From Candidatus Methanophagales archaeon (GTDB taxonomy: Archaea > Halobacteriota > Syntropharchaeia > Alkanophagales > Methanospirareceae), in NCBI GenBank assembly GCA_014859735.1, contig JACUTR010000001.1, positions 1 to 59,395 of the forward strand: a stretch of 59,395 bases of DNA, in the 5' to 3' direction. The translations under genes and the position numbers were made by a program. Numbering within the stretch: the first letter of the stretch is position 1; every line of letters begins with the position of its first letter. The notes beneath the pieces are model-generated. The model worked only from the letters and a program-made list of their open reading frames with translations, searched no databases and was not told the origin of the DNA. This document shows, one piece after another, positions 18,847 to 31,737 of this stretch.

Positions 18847-19674
18847 ATGGTAAGGGAAGAATGGCCGGAGAAGGGTGAATTAGTAGTTTGTACGGTAAAA
18901 GAACTCAAACCTTTTGGCGTTTTTGTTACGCTTGAAGAGTATGGAGGAAAAGAAGGACTCATCAATATTGCCGAGGTATCCACGGGGTGGGTGAAACATC
19001 TGAGGGATTACGTGCGAGAAGGGCAGAAAGTCGTGTGTAAAGTGCTCCACGTGGATGAACGGAGAGGACATATCGATTTATCCTTAAAGGCGGTAAAAGA
19101 GGGACAAAGAAGGAAGAAGATAAAGGAGTGGAAGAACGAGAAGAAAGCAGTGAAGTGGCTTACCCTCGCCCTCGCGGCTCCCTCCTCTAAAATCGGATTG
19201 AGCAACGATGAGCTCGACGAGATCGAGCTAAAATTATTTGATGCGTATGGAAGCCTGTACGATGCATTTGAGGATGTCTTACGGGTTGGCAAAGAAGCGC
19301 TGATCGAACTTGAGATAAAGGAGGACTACGCAGAGGCAATACACGAGGTGGCTCGTGCCAATGTAAAACTCCCTTTTGTGCAGATTACGGGGTATGTAGA
19401 GCTGAAGTGTCCTCTGCCTGATGGTGTGGAGATAATAAAGGAAGCATTGAGGAAGGCCGAAGAGGTGATAACGATAAAATCTCCAAAAAAAGACAAGGAC
19501 ACGAATGGTACCAAAGTAGAATGCTTCTATATCGGTGCACCGAAGTATAGGATACGTGTTACCGCTCCCAATTATAAAGAGGCAGAGAACGTACTGAGCG
19601 ATGCGGCTAATGCTGCCATTGAGTTAATAAAAACAAACGAAGGATACGGGAAGTTCTACCGAACTCTTCCTTAA
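18847..19674 (+). CDS. eif2a: translation initiation factor aIF-2 alpha subunit
   Basis: 275 aa with an N-terminal S1 domain (GELVVCTVKELKPFGVFVTLEEY...GLINIAEV). Conserved cluster context. Confidence 0.92.
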   Translation: MVREEWPEKGELVVCTVKELKPFGVFVTLEEYGGKEGLINIAEVSTGWVKHLRDYVREGQKVVCKVLHVDERRGHIDLSLKAVKEGQRRKKIKEWKNEKKAVKWLTLALAAPSSKIGLSNDELDEIELKLFDAYGSLYDAFEDVLRVGKEALIELEIKEDYAEAIHEVARANVKLPFVQITGYVELKCPLPDGVEIIKEALRKAEEVITIKSPKKDKDTNGTKVECFYIGAPKYRIRVTAPNYKEAENVLSDAANAAIELIKTNEGYGKFYRTLP

Positions 19675-19679
19675 CAAAG

Positions 19680-19757
19680 AAACCTTCTCTTGAGAAGAAA
19701 AGCGGTGCTATAAAGATTTTTCTTTAATAACCCTTTCTTTTTAAGAAGAAAAGTTTT
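19680..19757. repeat. AT-rich palindromic repeat, type E (copy 2)
   Basis: Colinear with 438-520 at roughly 75-80% identity by eye (aaaccttCtcttGaGaagaaaag...tttctttaataa...ctttctttttaagaagaaaag). It ends at the base before the nop10 ATG. Confidence 0.8.
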
Positions 19758-19943
19758 ATGAAGTCACAGATAAGGAAATGTGGAGCGTGTGGAGAATATA
19801 CCTTGAAGGAGGTTTGCGAGAAGTGTGGAGGAGTGACAGAGAATCCACTACCTCCAAGGTTCTCCCCGAAAGATCCGTATGGGAAGTATAGAAGGATGAT
19901 GAAATATGCAAGAGATAGAAATACGCGAGCTAAAAAAGGTTAA
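19758..19943 (+). CDS. nop10: H/ACA RNP protein Nop10
   Basis: 61 aa: CGACGEYTLKEVCEKCGG...PPRFSPKDPYGKYRR. Confidence 0.9.
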   Translation: MKSQIRKCGACGEYTLKEVCEKCGGVTENPLPPRFSPKDPYGKYRRMMKYARDRNTRAKKG

Positions 19944-20664
19944 ATTGAAGAAGCCCGTGATGATCGAGGGGCTCCCGGGAGTGGGGAACGTCGGAAAATT
20001 GGTAGCTGAGCATATAATACATGAGCTGAATGCCGAGAAGATCATTGAGATCTACTCATGGCATTTTCCACCACAAGTATTGGTAAATAACGATGGAACA
20101 GTTCGTTTAAGCAAATATGAGTTCTATGCATGGAAATCAGAGAAGCAGGACTTATTGATTCTCAGCGGGGACCAGCAGAGCGTCACCAATGAGGGGCATT
20201 ATCTTCTCGCCGAGGCCGTGCTTGACATCGTAGAACAGTATGAGGTTTCCCGCATCTACACACTGGGAGGATATGGCATAGGTCAGCTTGTGGAAAGACA
20301 AAAGGTGCTTGGGGCCGCGAATGAAGCTGAACTTGTCGAGGAGATGAAGAGATATGGAGTGGAATTCAGAGAGGAAGAACCGGGGGGAAGTATAGTAGGA
20401 GCTTCAGGGCTTTTGTTGGGTCTCGGGAAGCTGCGGGATATTCCAGCGGTGTGTTTGCTGGGCCTTACCTCGGGTTATTTAGTCGATCCGAAGAGCGCAC
20501 AGGCAGTTCTCGAAATATTGTGCCGTGCATTGGATCTCGAAATAGACATGCAGGCTTTGAAAGACCGTGCAGAAGAGATGGAAAAAGTCGTCGAGCGACT
20601 GAAAGAGATGGAACAAGCGCAGATTCCGAGGAGGAGAGAGGAAGAGTTAGAATATATCCGGTAA
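19906..20664 (+). CDS. PAC2-family proteasome assembly chaperone (PbaA/B-like)
   Basis: 252 aa: PVMIEGLPGVGNVGKLVAEHII...YTLGGYG. It follows nop10 as in many archaea and overlaps nop10 by 38 nt. Confidence 0.78.
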   Translation: MQEIEIRELKKVKLKKPVMIEGLPGVGNVGKLVAEHIIHELNAEKIIEIYSWHFPPQVLVNNDGTVRLSKYEFYAWKSEKQDLLILSGDQQSVTNEGHYLLAEAVLDIVEQYEVSRIYTLGGYGIGQLVERQKVLGAANEAELVEEMKRYGVEFREEEPGGSIVGASGLLLGLGKLRDIPAVCLLGLTSGYLVDPKSAQAVLEILCRALDLEIDMQALKDRAEEMEKVVERLKEMEQAQIPRRREEELEYIR

Positions 20665-20764
20665 GTTTAAAAAATCCCAAATCCCAATATAGGCGAGAAA
20701 TACAAAATCTAAATACTACCAAATTCTTGGGATTTGGAAATAGGGATTTACTTGGGATTTGGTA

Positions 20765-20828
20765 GTGGGGCCCCGCCCCACGGCCCCGAAAACCCTGTAA
20801 GGGTTTACCTGAAAGGCTCAGTAAGGGC
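20765..20828. repeat. GC-rich modular palindromic repeat
   Basis: Modules are gtggggcNNNgccccac, ggccccgaaa, accctgtaagggt, cctgaaagg and ctcagtaagggctt. The same module set occurs at 38710-38789 and 49288-49331. Confidence 0.85.
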
Positions 20829-20856
20829 TTATGTGACATTGGGATTTTCGCTGACG

Positions 20857-22032
20857 TCAGGCGGACTCAGATGTTAGTATCTTCAGAGATGTCGGTATTT
20901 TAACGACATCGCCCATTTTAATCCCTACCACGTATTCCAAATCCTTCTCTTTTGCGATATCCACGATCCTTTGTGTGATTACACCGTCAAACACCACGCT
21001 CTTTGCATTATCGTTCGTATCCTTCAATTCTTTTGCGAGGTCTCTGACCGTCGTCTCCTTTAGTATGTTCTTCTCTTTGTCTAACAATCGTGCCTTAAAC
21101 GTGCCTTCGAGTTCTTCGAGATGGGTTTTAAAGGGGTTCGGAGCTTTTTCCTCTTTCTCTTCTTTGGTCTTCTTTCTTTGGATTACTCTCTGCTGCTCCT
21201 GTTCTTGCTCCTTCTTCTCACCAACGTATCCTTCCTGCTCCACGGGTGTTTTGTTATGCAGTGCTTTCATTATCTCTTTGTACGTCATGTCCTCCACACT
21301 CCTCCCCTCGGGCGCTAATGCGATATAATCGATATCAGCGACCTGTAAGAGCTCCTTTAAGATGAGGTCACCGCCTCGGTCACCGTCGACGAACGCGGTA
21401 ACCGTCTTTCTCTTGCTCAGTTTATTTATTACCGGGGATATATTCGTGCCTTCTACCGCGATTGCATTTTTAATCCCATATTTAAGCAGATTTAACACAT
21501 CTGCTCTTCCCTCTACCACTAATATGGCATCAGAACTCTCTACATTCGGTCCTGCCGGCAATCCCTTATAACTCGATATCTCTTCCATTCTCACTGCCTG
21601 CTTCACTTCACTCACCATCATCTCACTCTCTATACCTTTCTCGATAGATTCATGCATCAGCAGTTTTGCTCGCTCTACTATCTTCTTTCTCTTTGTCGCT
21701 CTTATGTCCTCTACCTTGGTAACTACCACCTTCGCAATACAGGGACCTACTCGATCGATGGTCTCTAACGAAGCAGCCAGTATCGCGGTTTCAACCTTGT
21801 CCAAACCAGAGGGTATGAGTATCTCTCCACTTGATTTCCCGCCTTTCGACTCCACGTTCACCTCTATTCTGCCAATTCGGCTACTCTTCTGCAAGTCTCT
21901 CAGGTCCAATTCTTCACCCAATAACCCCTCTGTCTGACCAAATATTGCACCCACCACATCGGATTTCTCGACAAAACCCTCAGCTGTGATGTTAGCATGA
22001 ATAACATATTTTGTTGTATCTACATCGTGCAT
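20857..22032 (-). CDS. dnaG: archaeal DnaG-type Toprim primase (exosome-associated)
   Basis: MHDVDTTKYVIHANITAEGFVEKSDVVGAIFGQTEGLLG is the typical archaeal DnaG N-terminus, followed by a Toprim domain (VVEGRADV...DGDRGG). Start placed at ATG 22032, not the track's 22161. Confidence 0.88.
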   Translation of the reverse strand: MHDVDTTKYVIHANITAEGFVEKSDVVGAIFGQTEGLLGEELDLRDLQKSSRIGRIEVNVESKGGKSSGEILIPSGLDKVETAILAASLETIDRVGPCIAKVVVTKVEDIRATKRKKIVERAKLLMHESIEKGIESEMMVSEVKQAVRMEEISSYKGLPAGPNVESSDAILVVEGRADVLNLLKYGIKNAIAVEGTNISPVINKLSKRKTVTAFVDGDRGGDLILKELLQVADIDYIALAPEGRSVEDMTYKEIMKALHNKTPVEQEGYVGEKKEQEQEQQRVIQRKKTKEEKEEKAPNPFKTHLEELEGTFKARLLDKEKNILKETTVRDLAKELKDTNDNAKSVVFDGVITQRIVDIAKEKDLEYVVGIKMGDVVKIPTSLKILTSESA

Positions 22033-22248
22033 TTTATTTCTCTCCTCAAACGTTTCATCTCCTTTATCTTTTAACTTTGCCACCGCTCTATCTATCTTGG
22101 TTGGCAAACAGAATTTTTCCCGATATATATATGGTGAGGATAAAAGATAAACGTTGAACATAGGAGGTAAGAATATAAATCAAGAGAATCGAGTTTTCAC
22201 GAGATACACGCATAGTACTACTTAAAATCTTCAGAGGAGTTACTGGAA

Positions 22249-22322
22249 TGGGCTCGATGCGATTCGAACGCATGACCTCCGCCTCGTGAAGGCGGTGTCA
22301 TAACCAGCTAGACCACGAGCCC
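22249..22322 (-). tRNA. tRNA-Val (anticodon CAC)
   Basis: Hand-folded cloverleaf: acceptor gggctcg/cgagccc, anticodon loop ttCACga, T-arm atgcg-ttcgaat-cgcat. No encoded CCA. Confidence 0.9.
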
Positions 22323-22403
22323 TTCACTCTTTATTTAATTAGAGAATAAAAATGGAGTGATTTAAATAACTTTTCGTGTACAATCCAGAGGTAAGAGAAA
22401 AGC

Positions 22404-23603
22404 ATGAAGATAAAAGTGGTGAAAGGTGGAATCTGTGCTGCGAAAGGAGTAAGAGCATACGGAATAAAAGAAGGGACTAAGGGGTTAGCCTTGATGGAAG
22501 GGGAAGGAAGAGCGGTAGGTATGTTTACTTCAAATAACCTAAAAGCTGCACCGGTGAGGTATACGAAGAAGCAGCTTGAGACAGGAAGAATAAGCGCGAT
22601 AATAGCAAATAGTGGCTCTGCGAATAGTTTCACCGGCGAGCGGGGGATGAGGAATGCAGAAAGAATGGCAGAGCTCGCTTCGTCATGTTTAGGTGTTGAG
22701 CGAGAGGAGGTAGCTGTCGCGTCTACCGGTCCTATTGGGGTACAACTGGATATGGACTTAATAGAACGGCAGCTTGGAGAAGTTGTGAGAGGGTTGACTT
22801 CCGGAGAAGGCGGGAGCACGGCAGCAGCGAAGGCTCTAATGACCACGGACACCTTCCCTAAGGAGAAGGCGGTACGCATCGATACGGGCACGGATGAGCG
22901 GGTGGCAATAGGAGGAATAGCAAAAGGCGCGGGGATGATATTCCCTCATCTTGCTACCGCTACCATGCTCTCTTTTATTTATACCGATGCTTCTCTGGAG
23001 GAAGAAGTCCTGGGCAGGAGTTTGAAAGAAGCAGTTGACAATTCATTCAATATGGTGGTAGTGGATGGCGATATGAGCACGAACGACATGGTATTGCTTG
23101 TATCCACGGGGAGGAGTGGTAAGATAAGCGAAGAGGATTTCAAAGCGGGGTTAACTTTTGTGTGCCAGGAGCTTGCGAAGCTGATGGCGAAGGATGGCGA
23201 AGGGGCAACGAAGTTCATCGAGGTGAGAGTAAAAGGTGCTCCCTCCACTGCGGATGCAAGGGAGGTAGCACGGTCAATACTCAGGTCACCGTTAGTGAAA
23301 AGTGCTCTCTTTGGTGAACGCCCTGACCTTACCTGTGGTCGTATAATAGCAGCAATCGGGAGTTCAGCTCTCGCCGGAGCTGTCGACCCCAAGAGGATAT
23401 CTATACGCGTGAAAAGCGATAAGGAGATTTTAGCAGTGAAGAACGGCGAATTTATGGATCTTTTTGGGTTGGCAAGAACCATAATGAAGGGTAAGGAGCT
23501 CTTCATCGAGGTGGATCTAGGAACTGGAGAAGAAGTGGAGGCGAGAGCGTGGGGTTGCGATTTAACCTATGATTATGTCAGAATAAATGCGGGCTTGCAT
23601 TAA
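22404..23603 (+). CDS. argJ: bifunctional ornithine acetyltransferase / N-acetylglutamate synthase
   Basis: 399 aa with MTTDTFPKE and the autocleavage region ATMLSFIYTDA. Confidence 0.92.
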   Translation: MKIKVVKGGICAAKGVRAYGIKEGTKGLALMEGEGRAVGMFTSNNLKAAPVRYTKKQLETGRISAIIANSGSANSFTGERGMRNAERMAELASSCLGVEREEVAVASTGPIGVQLDMDLIERQLGEVVRGLTSGEGGSTAAAKALMTTDTFPKEKAVRIDTGTDERVAIGGIAKGAGMIFPHLATATMLSFIYTDASLEEEVLGRSLKEAVDNSFNMVVVDGDMSTNDMVLLVSTGRSGKISEEDFKAGLTFVCQELAKLMAKDGEGATKFIEVRVKGAPSTADAREVARSILRSPLVKSALFGERPDLTCGRIIAAIGSSALAGAVDPKRISIRVKSDKEILAVKNGEFMDLFGLARTIMKGKELFIEVDLGTGEEVEARAWGCDLTYDYVRINAGLH

Positions 23604-23680
23604 GGGAGTATCAGGTACTTACGATTTCGACCATGATCATCCTTCTCAACTTCTCACTTTTACGATTCGGAATGTGGGAT

Positions 23681-24283
23681 TTAGTTCGGATTTGTTGTTG
23701 AAGCAAGAACTTTTCGCGTAGCTTCTTCATTTATCTCTTCATACAGGCTATTACCGTGGGCATCTATGCCGAGCACAAGCGGACCGAAATCTTCGACAAG
23801 GAGATGCCATACTGCCTCAGCCATACCGAGGTCAGCCCAATATACCGCTTTTACCGCTTTTATACGTATAGCAGCCAAGACTGCTGCACCACCCGGTATC
23901 GCGAAATATACACAGCCATATTTCTGCAGTGCTTCTCGCGTTGCAATCCCCATGCCTCCTTTTCCTATTATGCCTCGAATCCGCAGCGTTTCTATTACTT
24001 GTGGCGTTGTCGCTTCCATTCGTGAGCTGGTGGTAGGACCGGCTGCTATAATCTCCCCGCCTCCGGTGCTATTCTTCCTCACGAGCGGACCGCAGTGATA
24101 CAGCACAGCGCCTTTTTCTATCGGTATATCCTCTTCTGCATCCGTGATTGTATATTCTATGATTCGATTATGCGCTTTGTCCCTCGCGGTATATACGTCG
24201 CCACTGAGATATACGATATCCCCCACCTGCAATTCCTTTATCTCTTCTTCCTTGAGCGGTGTGAATAATCTCTTTTTCATCAT
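23681..24283 (-). CDS. class I fumarate hydratase / tartrate dehydratase beta-type subunit
   Basis: 200 aa: GDIVYLSGDVYTARDKAHNRI...GIIGKGGMG. No alpha subunit is adjacent. Confidence 0.85.
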   Translation of the reverse strand: MMKKRLFTPLKEEEIKELQVGDIVYLSGDVYTARDKAHNRIIEYTITDAEEDIPIEKGAVLYHCGPLVRKNSTGGGEIIAAGPTTSSRMEATTPQVIETLRIRGIIGKGGMGIATREALQKYGCVYFAIPGGAAVLAAIRIKAVKAVYWADLGMAEAVWHLLVEDFGPLVLGIDAHGNSLYEEINEEATRKVLASTTNPN

Positions 24284-24329
24284 TGCACTTTCTTTCTAAA
24301 GAAAGAACCTGCACTAAGAAAGAGTATAA
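24284..24329. repeat. AT-rich palindromic repeat, type B (copy 1)
   Basis: tgcactttctttctaaagaaagaacctgcactaagaaagagtataa. Related copies lie at 31397-31438 and 57587-57627. Confidence 0.75.
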
Positions 24330-24509
24330 TTCTTCTGACATTTGGAATTAGCAAATGTAGATGATAGAAATAGTGCTTATTTTTAACAATATAACAATTA
24401 GTTAACTATAAGTAACACCAATAAAATTATTGTATTACCTTTTTAATACAAAGATAAGGTGAAAGGTGTGGAAAAGATAAAAGCGTGAATATAAAAAGGT
24501 GTCCCCTGC

Positions 24510-24908
24510 GTGGTGCGAATCCATGACAGGGCGAAAAGGCGAAGAAGGAAGGCGAGGCGTCGAGGAGGGGCGCTTAAATATACAGATGATACAAACCGGG
24601 CCGATCACAAAGACCCATTTTTGTATGTAGGTGATAGTGCAGTGTGGTGGGATACGGGAATTACAACGAATTGGCGAGGGAGCAATCCTGTGCGGGAGAG
24701 CGAATACGAACTAGGCGATGTGGATCTGTGCTGGCTTGAGCAGGTGTATAAAGAAGAGAGATCCTCAGGAATGTATCCGTGTCTTCGCATCTATATTGGC
24801 GGAACGGAAGAAATCGGGGTTACTTTCGTAGTATTTGTAGACTTAGAAGAGGAACGAGTGATTCACGTAGGCCACGATTATCGTAGAGGGCCACCGCTAG
24901 CGCCGTAA
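24510..24908 (+). CDS. questionable hypothetical ORF
   Basis: 132 codons with only a GTG start, a poly-Arg N-terminus and no in-frame ATG until near the end. It lies in an AT-rich 0.8-kb gap. Confidence 0.25.
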   Translation: MVRIHDRAKRRRRKARRRGGALKYTDDTNRADHKDPFLYVGDSAVWWDTGITTNWRGSNPVRESEYELGDVDLCWLEQVYKEERSSGMYPCLRIYIGGTEEIGVTFVVFVDLEEERVIHVGHDYRRGPPLAP

Positions 24909-25112
24909 TTGATGGAACTCAGATGGTTTTCAGCTTGATTTATCTTTTAATAATTAGTATGGGGATTGAGCGTTAATTTGAGTGTTTTTTGAACTTTTCT
25001 TGTACCCTGTGCTCACACCCCTTTATTCCCGTTCAAACATGCCCACGGATTGCTATAACGGGGTTATGGTCAGCATTATGCTTTATAACTAAGCTTTTCA
25101 ATTCAATACGTG

Positions 25113-26414
25113 ATGAGCATGCAAGATGATCTGCGAAAGCCTTTCGAGGAAGTAAATAAGCCTGAAGAACTCGCTTTGGAGTATCATTCTCGCTATAACG
25201 GAAAGATAGAGATAGGACTGAAGGTTCCAATTCGCAGTTATGATGAGTTTGCGATATGGTACACGCCGGGTGTGGCAGAGCCGTGTAGAGCGATAAAAGA
25301 TAGTCGAGAGCGTGTATATGAGTACACGGGTAAGGGAAATTTTGTGGCAATAATCACCGATGGAACGAGGGTCTTGGGATTGGGTGATGTAGGGCCGGAG
25401 GCGGCACTTCCGGTGATGGAAGGCAAAGCCCTGCTCTTTAAGTACTTGGGTGGTGTGGATGCGTTTCCCATCTGTTTGGCGACGAAGGATGTGGAGGAGA
25501 TACTAAATATCGTGAAGTGGATTGCCCCGACTTTTGGGGGTATCAATTTAGAGGACATAGCAAGTCCAAAGTGCTACTACCTCCTGGAGCGGCTAAAAGA
25601 GGAATTAAATGTGCCGGTATGGCATGATGACCAGCAAGGCACCGCATTGGTGATACTTGGAGGGTTGATAAATGCCTTGAACGTAGTTGGGAAGAGCTTG
25701 CAAGAGGTGACGATATCGCTGGTAGGCGCGGGTGCAGCGAATATGAGCGTTGCAAAATACGTGCACAAAGCAGGTGCAAAGTGGGGAAATATGGTCATGG
25801 TGGATAGCAAGGGGATATTGAATACTGAGCGGGTGGATGTGAAGGGGGATAGAACTAAGTGGGAAATCAGCCAGAAGACGAACAAAGAAGGTAGAAAGGG
25901 AGGTATCAAGGAGGCGATGCGTGATACCGACGTGTGCATCGCGCTTTCAACGCCCGGGCCGGGTGTAATAAAAAAGGAGTGGGTAGCTGATATGGCTGAC
26001 GATGCGATCGTATTCGCCTGCGCAAATCCCGTGCCGGAGGTATGGCCATGGGAGGCAGAGGAGGGTGGAGCGAAGATAGTTGCCACGGGAAGGTCGGACT
26101 TCAAGAATCAAATAAATAATTCTTTAGGTTTTCCAGCAGTTTTCAGGGGCGCTTTGGACGTCCGTGCTACGTGTATAACAGATGAGATGTGTCTGGAGGC
26201 GGCGTATGCGATAGCGAGCTATACCGAAGAGAAAGGTATACGTGAGGACTTTATAATTCCGAGGATGGAGGAGAGAGAGATGTACGTGTGCGAAGCAGTA
26301 GCAGTGGGTATGAAGGCGATAACGCAGGGAGTGGCTAAGAGGAAGATGAGCAGGGAGGAATTAGAGGAGGCTGTGCGAAAGAGGATAGTTAGCAAAACGG
26401 CGAAAACTTTTTAA
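25113..26414 (+). CDS. NAD(P)-dependent malic enzyme (short form)
   Basis: About 433 aa with WYTPGVAEPC, GTRVLGLGDVGPEAALPVMEGKALLFK and GAGAA motifs. Confidence 0.9.
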   Translation: MSMQDDLRKPFEEVNKPEELALEYHSRYNGKIEIGLKVPIRSYDEFAIWYTPGVAEPCRAIKDSRERVYEYTGKGNFVAIITDGTRVLGLGDVGPEAALPVMEGKALLFKYLGGVDAFPICLATKDVEEILNIVKWIAPTFGGINLEDIASPKCYYLLERLKEELNVPVWHDDQQGTALVILGGLINALNVVGKSLQEVTISLVGAGAANMSVAKYVHKAGAKWGNMVMVDSKGILNTERVDVKGDRTKWEISQKTNKEGRKGGIKEAMRDTDVCIALSTPGPGVIKKEWVADMADDAIVFACANPVPEVWPWEAEEGGAKIVATGRSDFKNQINNSLGFPAVFRGALDVRATCITDEMCLEAAYAIASYTEEKGIREDFIIPRMEEREMYVCEAVAVGMKAITQGVAKRKMSREELEEAVRKRIVSKTAKTF

Positions 26415-26426
26415 GGTGTTAAGCCC

Positions 26427-26437
26427 AATATATATAT
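26427..26437 (+). promoter_or_regulatory. TATA-box candidate for the rRNA operon
   Basis: aatatatatat lies about 200 nt upstream of the 16S 5' end and about 130 nt upstream of the processing stem. Confidence 0.4.
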
Positions 26438-26563
26438 GTGGCAACCGGCGTCGGCTTCGATTACGGGGATACCCAGAAGATGAGAAGCGGACTTCTGCTA
26501 CGCGACAAAGATAGGACTAAATGGGGACACGAAGAGAAGAAAATTTCGTGTCCGACATGGATA

Positions 26564-26602
26564 CTTGAACCTAATCTGACGAACCAGTAAATCTGATTGG
26601 TT
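26564..26602 (+). other. 16S rRNA processing stem, 5' strand (pairs with 28132-28170)
   Basis: 26564-26582 pairs with 28152-28170 (19 bp, 1 mismatch, 1 G-U). 26592-26602 pairs with 28132-28142 (11 bp). Unpaired bases between the helices give bulge-helix-bulge-like geometry. Confidence 0.8.
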
Positions 26603-26635
26603 AAGTCAGGTGTGTGTCAAACCCTGCTAATTTTA

Positions 26636-28122
<1,487 letters not shown>

Positions 28123-28218
28123 AAATTTACCAACCAATCAGAGCTGAAAGATCGTCAGATTAAGTTTAAGTTTTACATGTGAGCAGGGTAAATATAATAA
28201 ATAGCTGGGATAACTTCG

Positions 28219-28290
28219 GGGCTCGTAGATCAGTGGAAGATCGTCGCCTTTGCGAGGCGAAGGCCCTGGGTTCAAATCCCAGCGAGTCCA
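28219..28290 (+). tRNA. tRNA-Ala (anticodon UGC) in the 16S-23S spacer
   Basis: Hand-folded, with a G3:U70 pair in the acceptor stem gggctcg/cgagtcc, anticodon loop ttTGCga and T-arm ctggg-ttcaaat-cccag. Confidence 0.95.
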
Positions 28291-28389
28291 TTTTTGAGGA
28301 AGGTAAATAAATGCACCTAACGACCTCGGTTGTTAGGGAAGTTACGGATGGCAGTTGTTTCACACTACTGTCAGATGAAGTTCTCATAC

Positions 28390-28423
28390 GCACTTTGCAT
28401 CTCTGACATCCAATGAGCTCAGT
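28390..28423 (+). other. 23S rRNA processing stem, 5' strand (pairs with 31367-31400)
   Basis: gcactttgca.ctctga (28390-28406) pairs with tcagag.tgcaaagtgc (31384-31400). tgagctcagt (28414-28423) pairs with actgggctca (31367-31376) with 1 mismatch. Confidence 0.75.
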
Positions 28424-31366
<2,943 letters not shown>

Positions 31367-31396
31367 ACTGGGCTCAGATGAAATCAGAGTTGCAAA

Positions 31397-31438
31397 GTGC
31401 ACTTTTTCTTTAAAAGAAAACCTGCACTAAAAGAATAA
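31397..31438. repeat. AT-rich palindromic repeat, type B (copy 2)
   Basis: gtgcactttttctttaaaagaaaacctgcactaaaagaataa, colinear with 24284-24329. Confidence 0.75.
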
Positions 31439-31464
31439 CCTCATGCTTTTTGCGGTAGAAAGTT

Positions 31465-31499
31465 TTTCTTTGATCAAACTTTCTTTTTGAAAAAGAAAG
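31465..31499. repeat. AT-rich palindromic repeat, type C (copy 2)
   Basis: Its first 22 nt are identical to 8456-8477, followed by the ctttctttttgaaaaagaaag palindrome. Confidence 0.8.
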
Positions 31500-31504
31500 T
31501 TTGA

Positions 31505-31577
31505 GCCAAGGTGGCGGAGAGGCTGACGCGGCTGACTGCAGATCAGCTATACCCCGGTTCAATTCCGGGCCTTGGCT
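31505..31577 (+). tRNA. tRNA-Cys (anticodon GCA)
   Basis: Hand-folded: acceptor gccaagg/ccttggc, anticodon stem gctga/tcagc with loop ctGCAga, T-arm cccgg-ttcaatt-ccggg, discriminator U. Confidence 0.92.
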
Positions 31578-31737
31578 TCCTTGGCTTGGCACGATCTGCA
31601 TTTGATTGCCGAACCTCTTGTGAATTATTGTTTGAGATTTATTATAGGACTGGAAGTGGGGTAGAAAACATTATATAGAGTTAGCATAAATGTGAATTTG
31701 TCTTTGTTTATTTCCCCTTACGTGCGGTGGAAGAAAG

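Noticed and set aside
22331-22891. A long antisense ORF within argJ. Similar cases occur within gyrA (41350-42063), tuf (10948-11601) and the malic enzyme gene (25577-26104).
   Set aside because: Each is opposite a confidently identified gene and lacks motifs. I treated them all as shadow ORFs.
24501-24540. A tRNA-like 3' fragment (gtggtgcgaatccatgacaggg resembles a T-arm plus acceptor strand) as a possible integration scar.
   Set aside because: The T-stem is only 3-4 bp, there is no matching acceptor 5' strand, and there is no similarity to the three tRNAs in the window. This is probably chance.
31401-31504. A search for a 5S rRNA downstream of 23S.
   Set aside because: The interval is only about 104 nt, very AT-rich, and made of repeat hairpins. 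It lacks the GC-rich helices expected of a 5S. I report the absence as a finding rather than annotating a gene.
31570-31590. The last 8 nt of tRNA-Cys (ccttggct) are repeated 1 nt downstream (31579-31586).
   Set aside because: It is too short to distinguish an att remnant from slippage or chance, and no mobile-element genes lie nearby.
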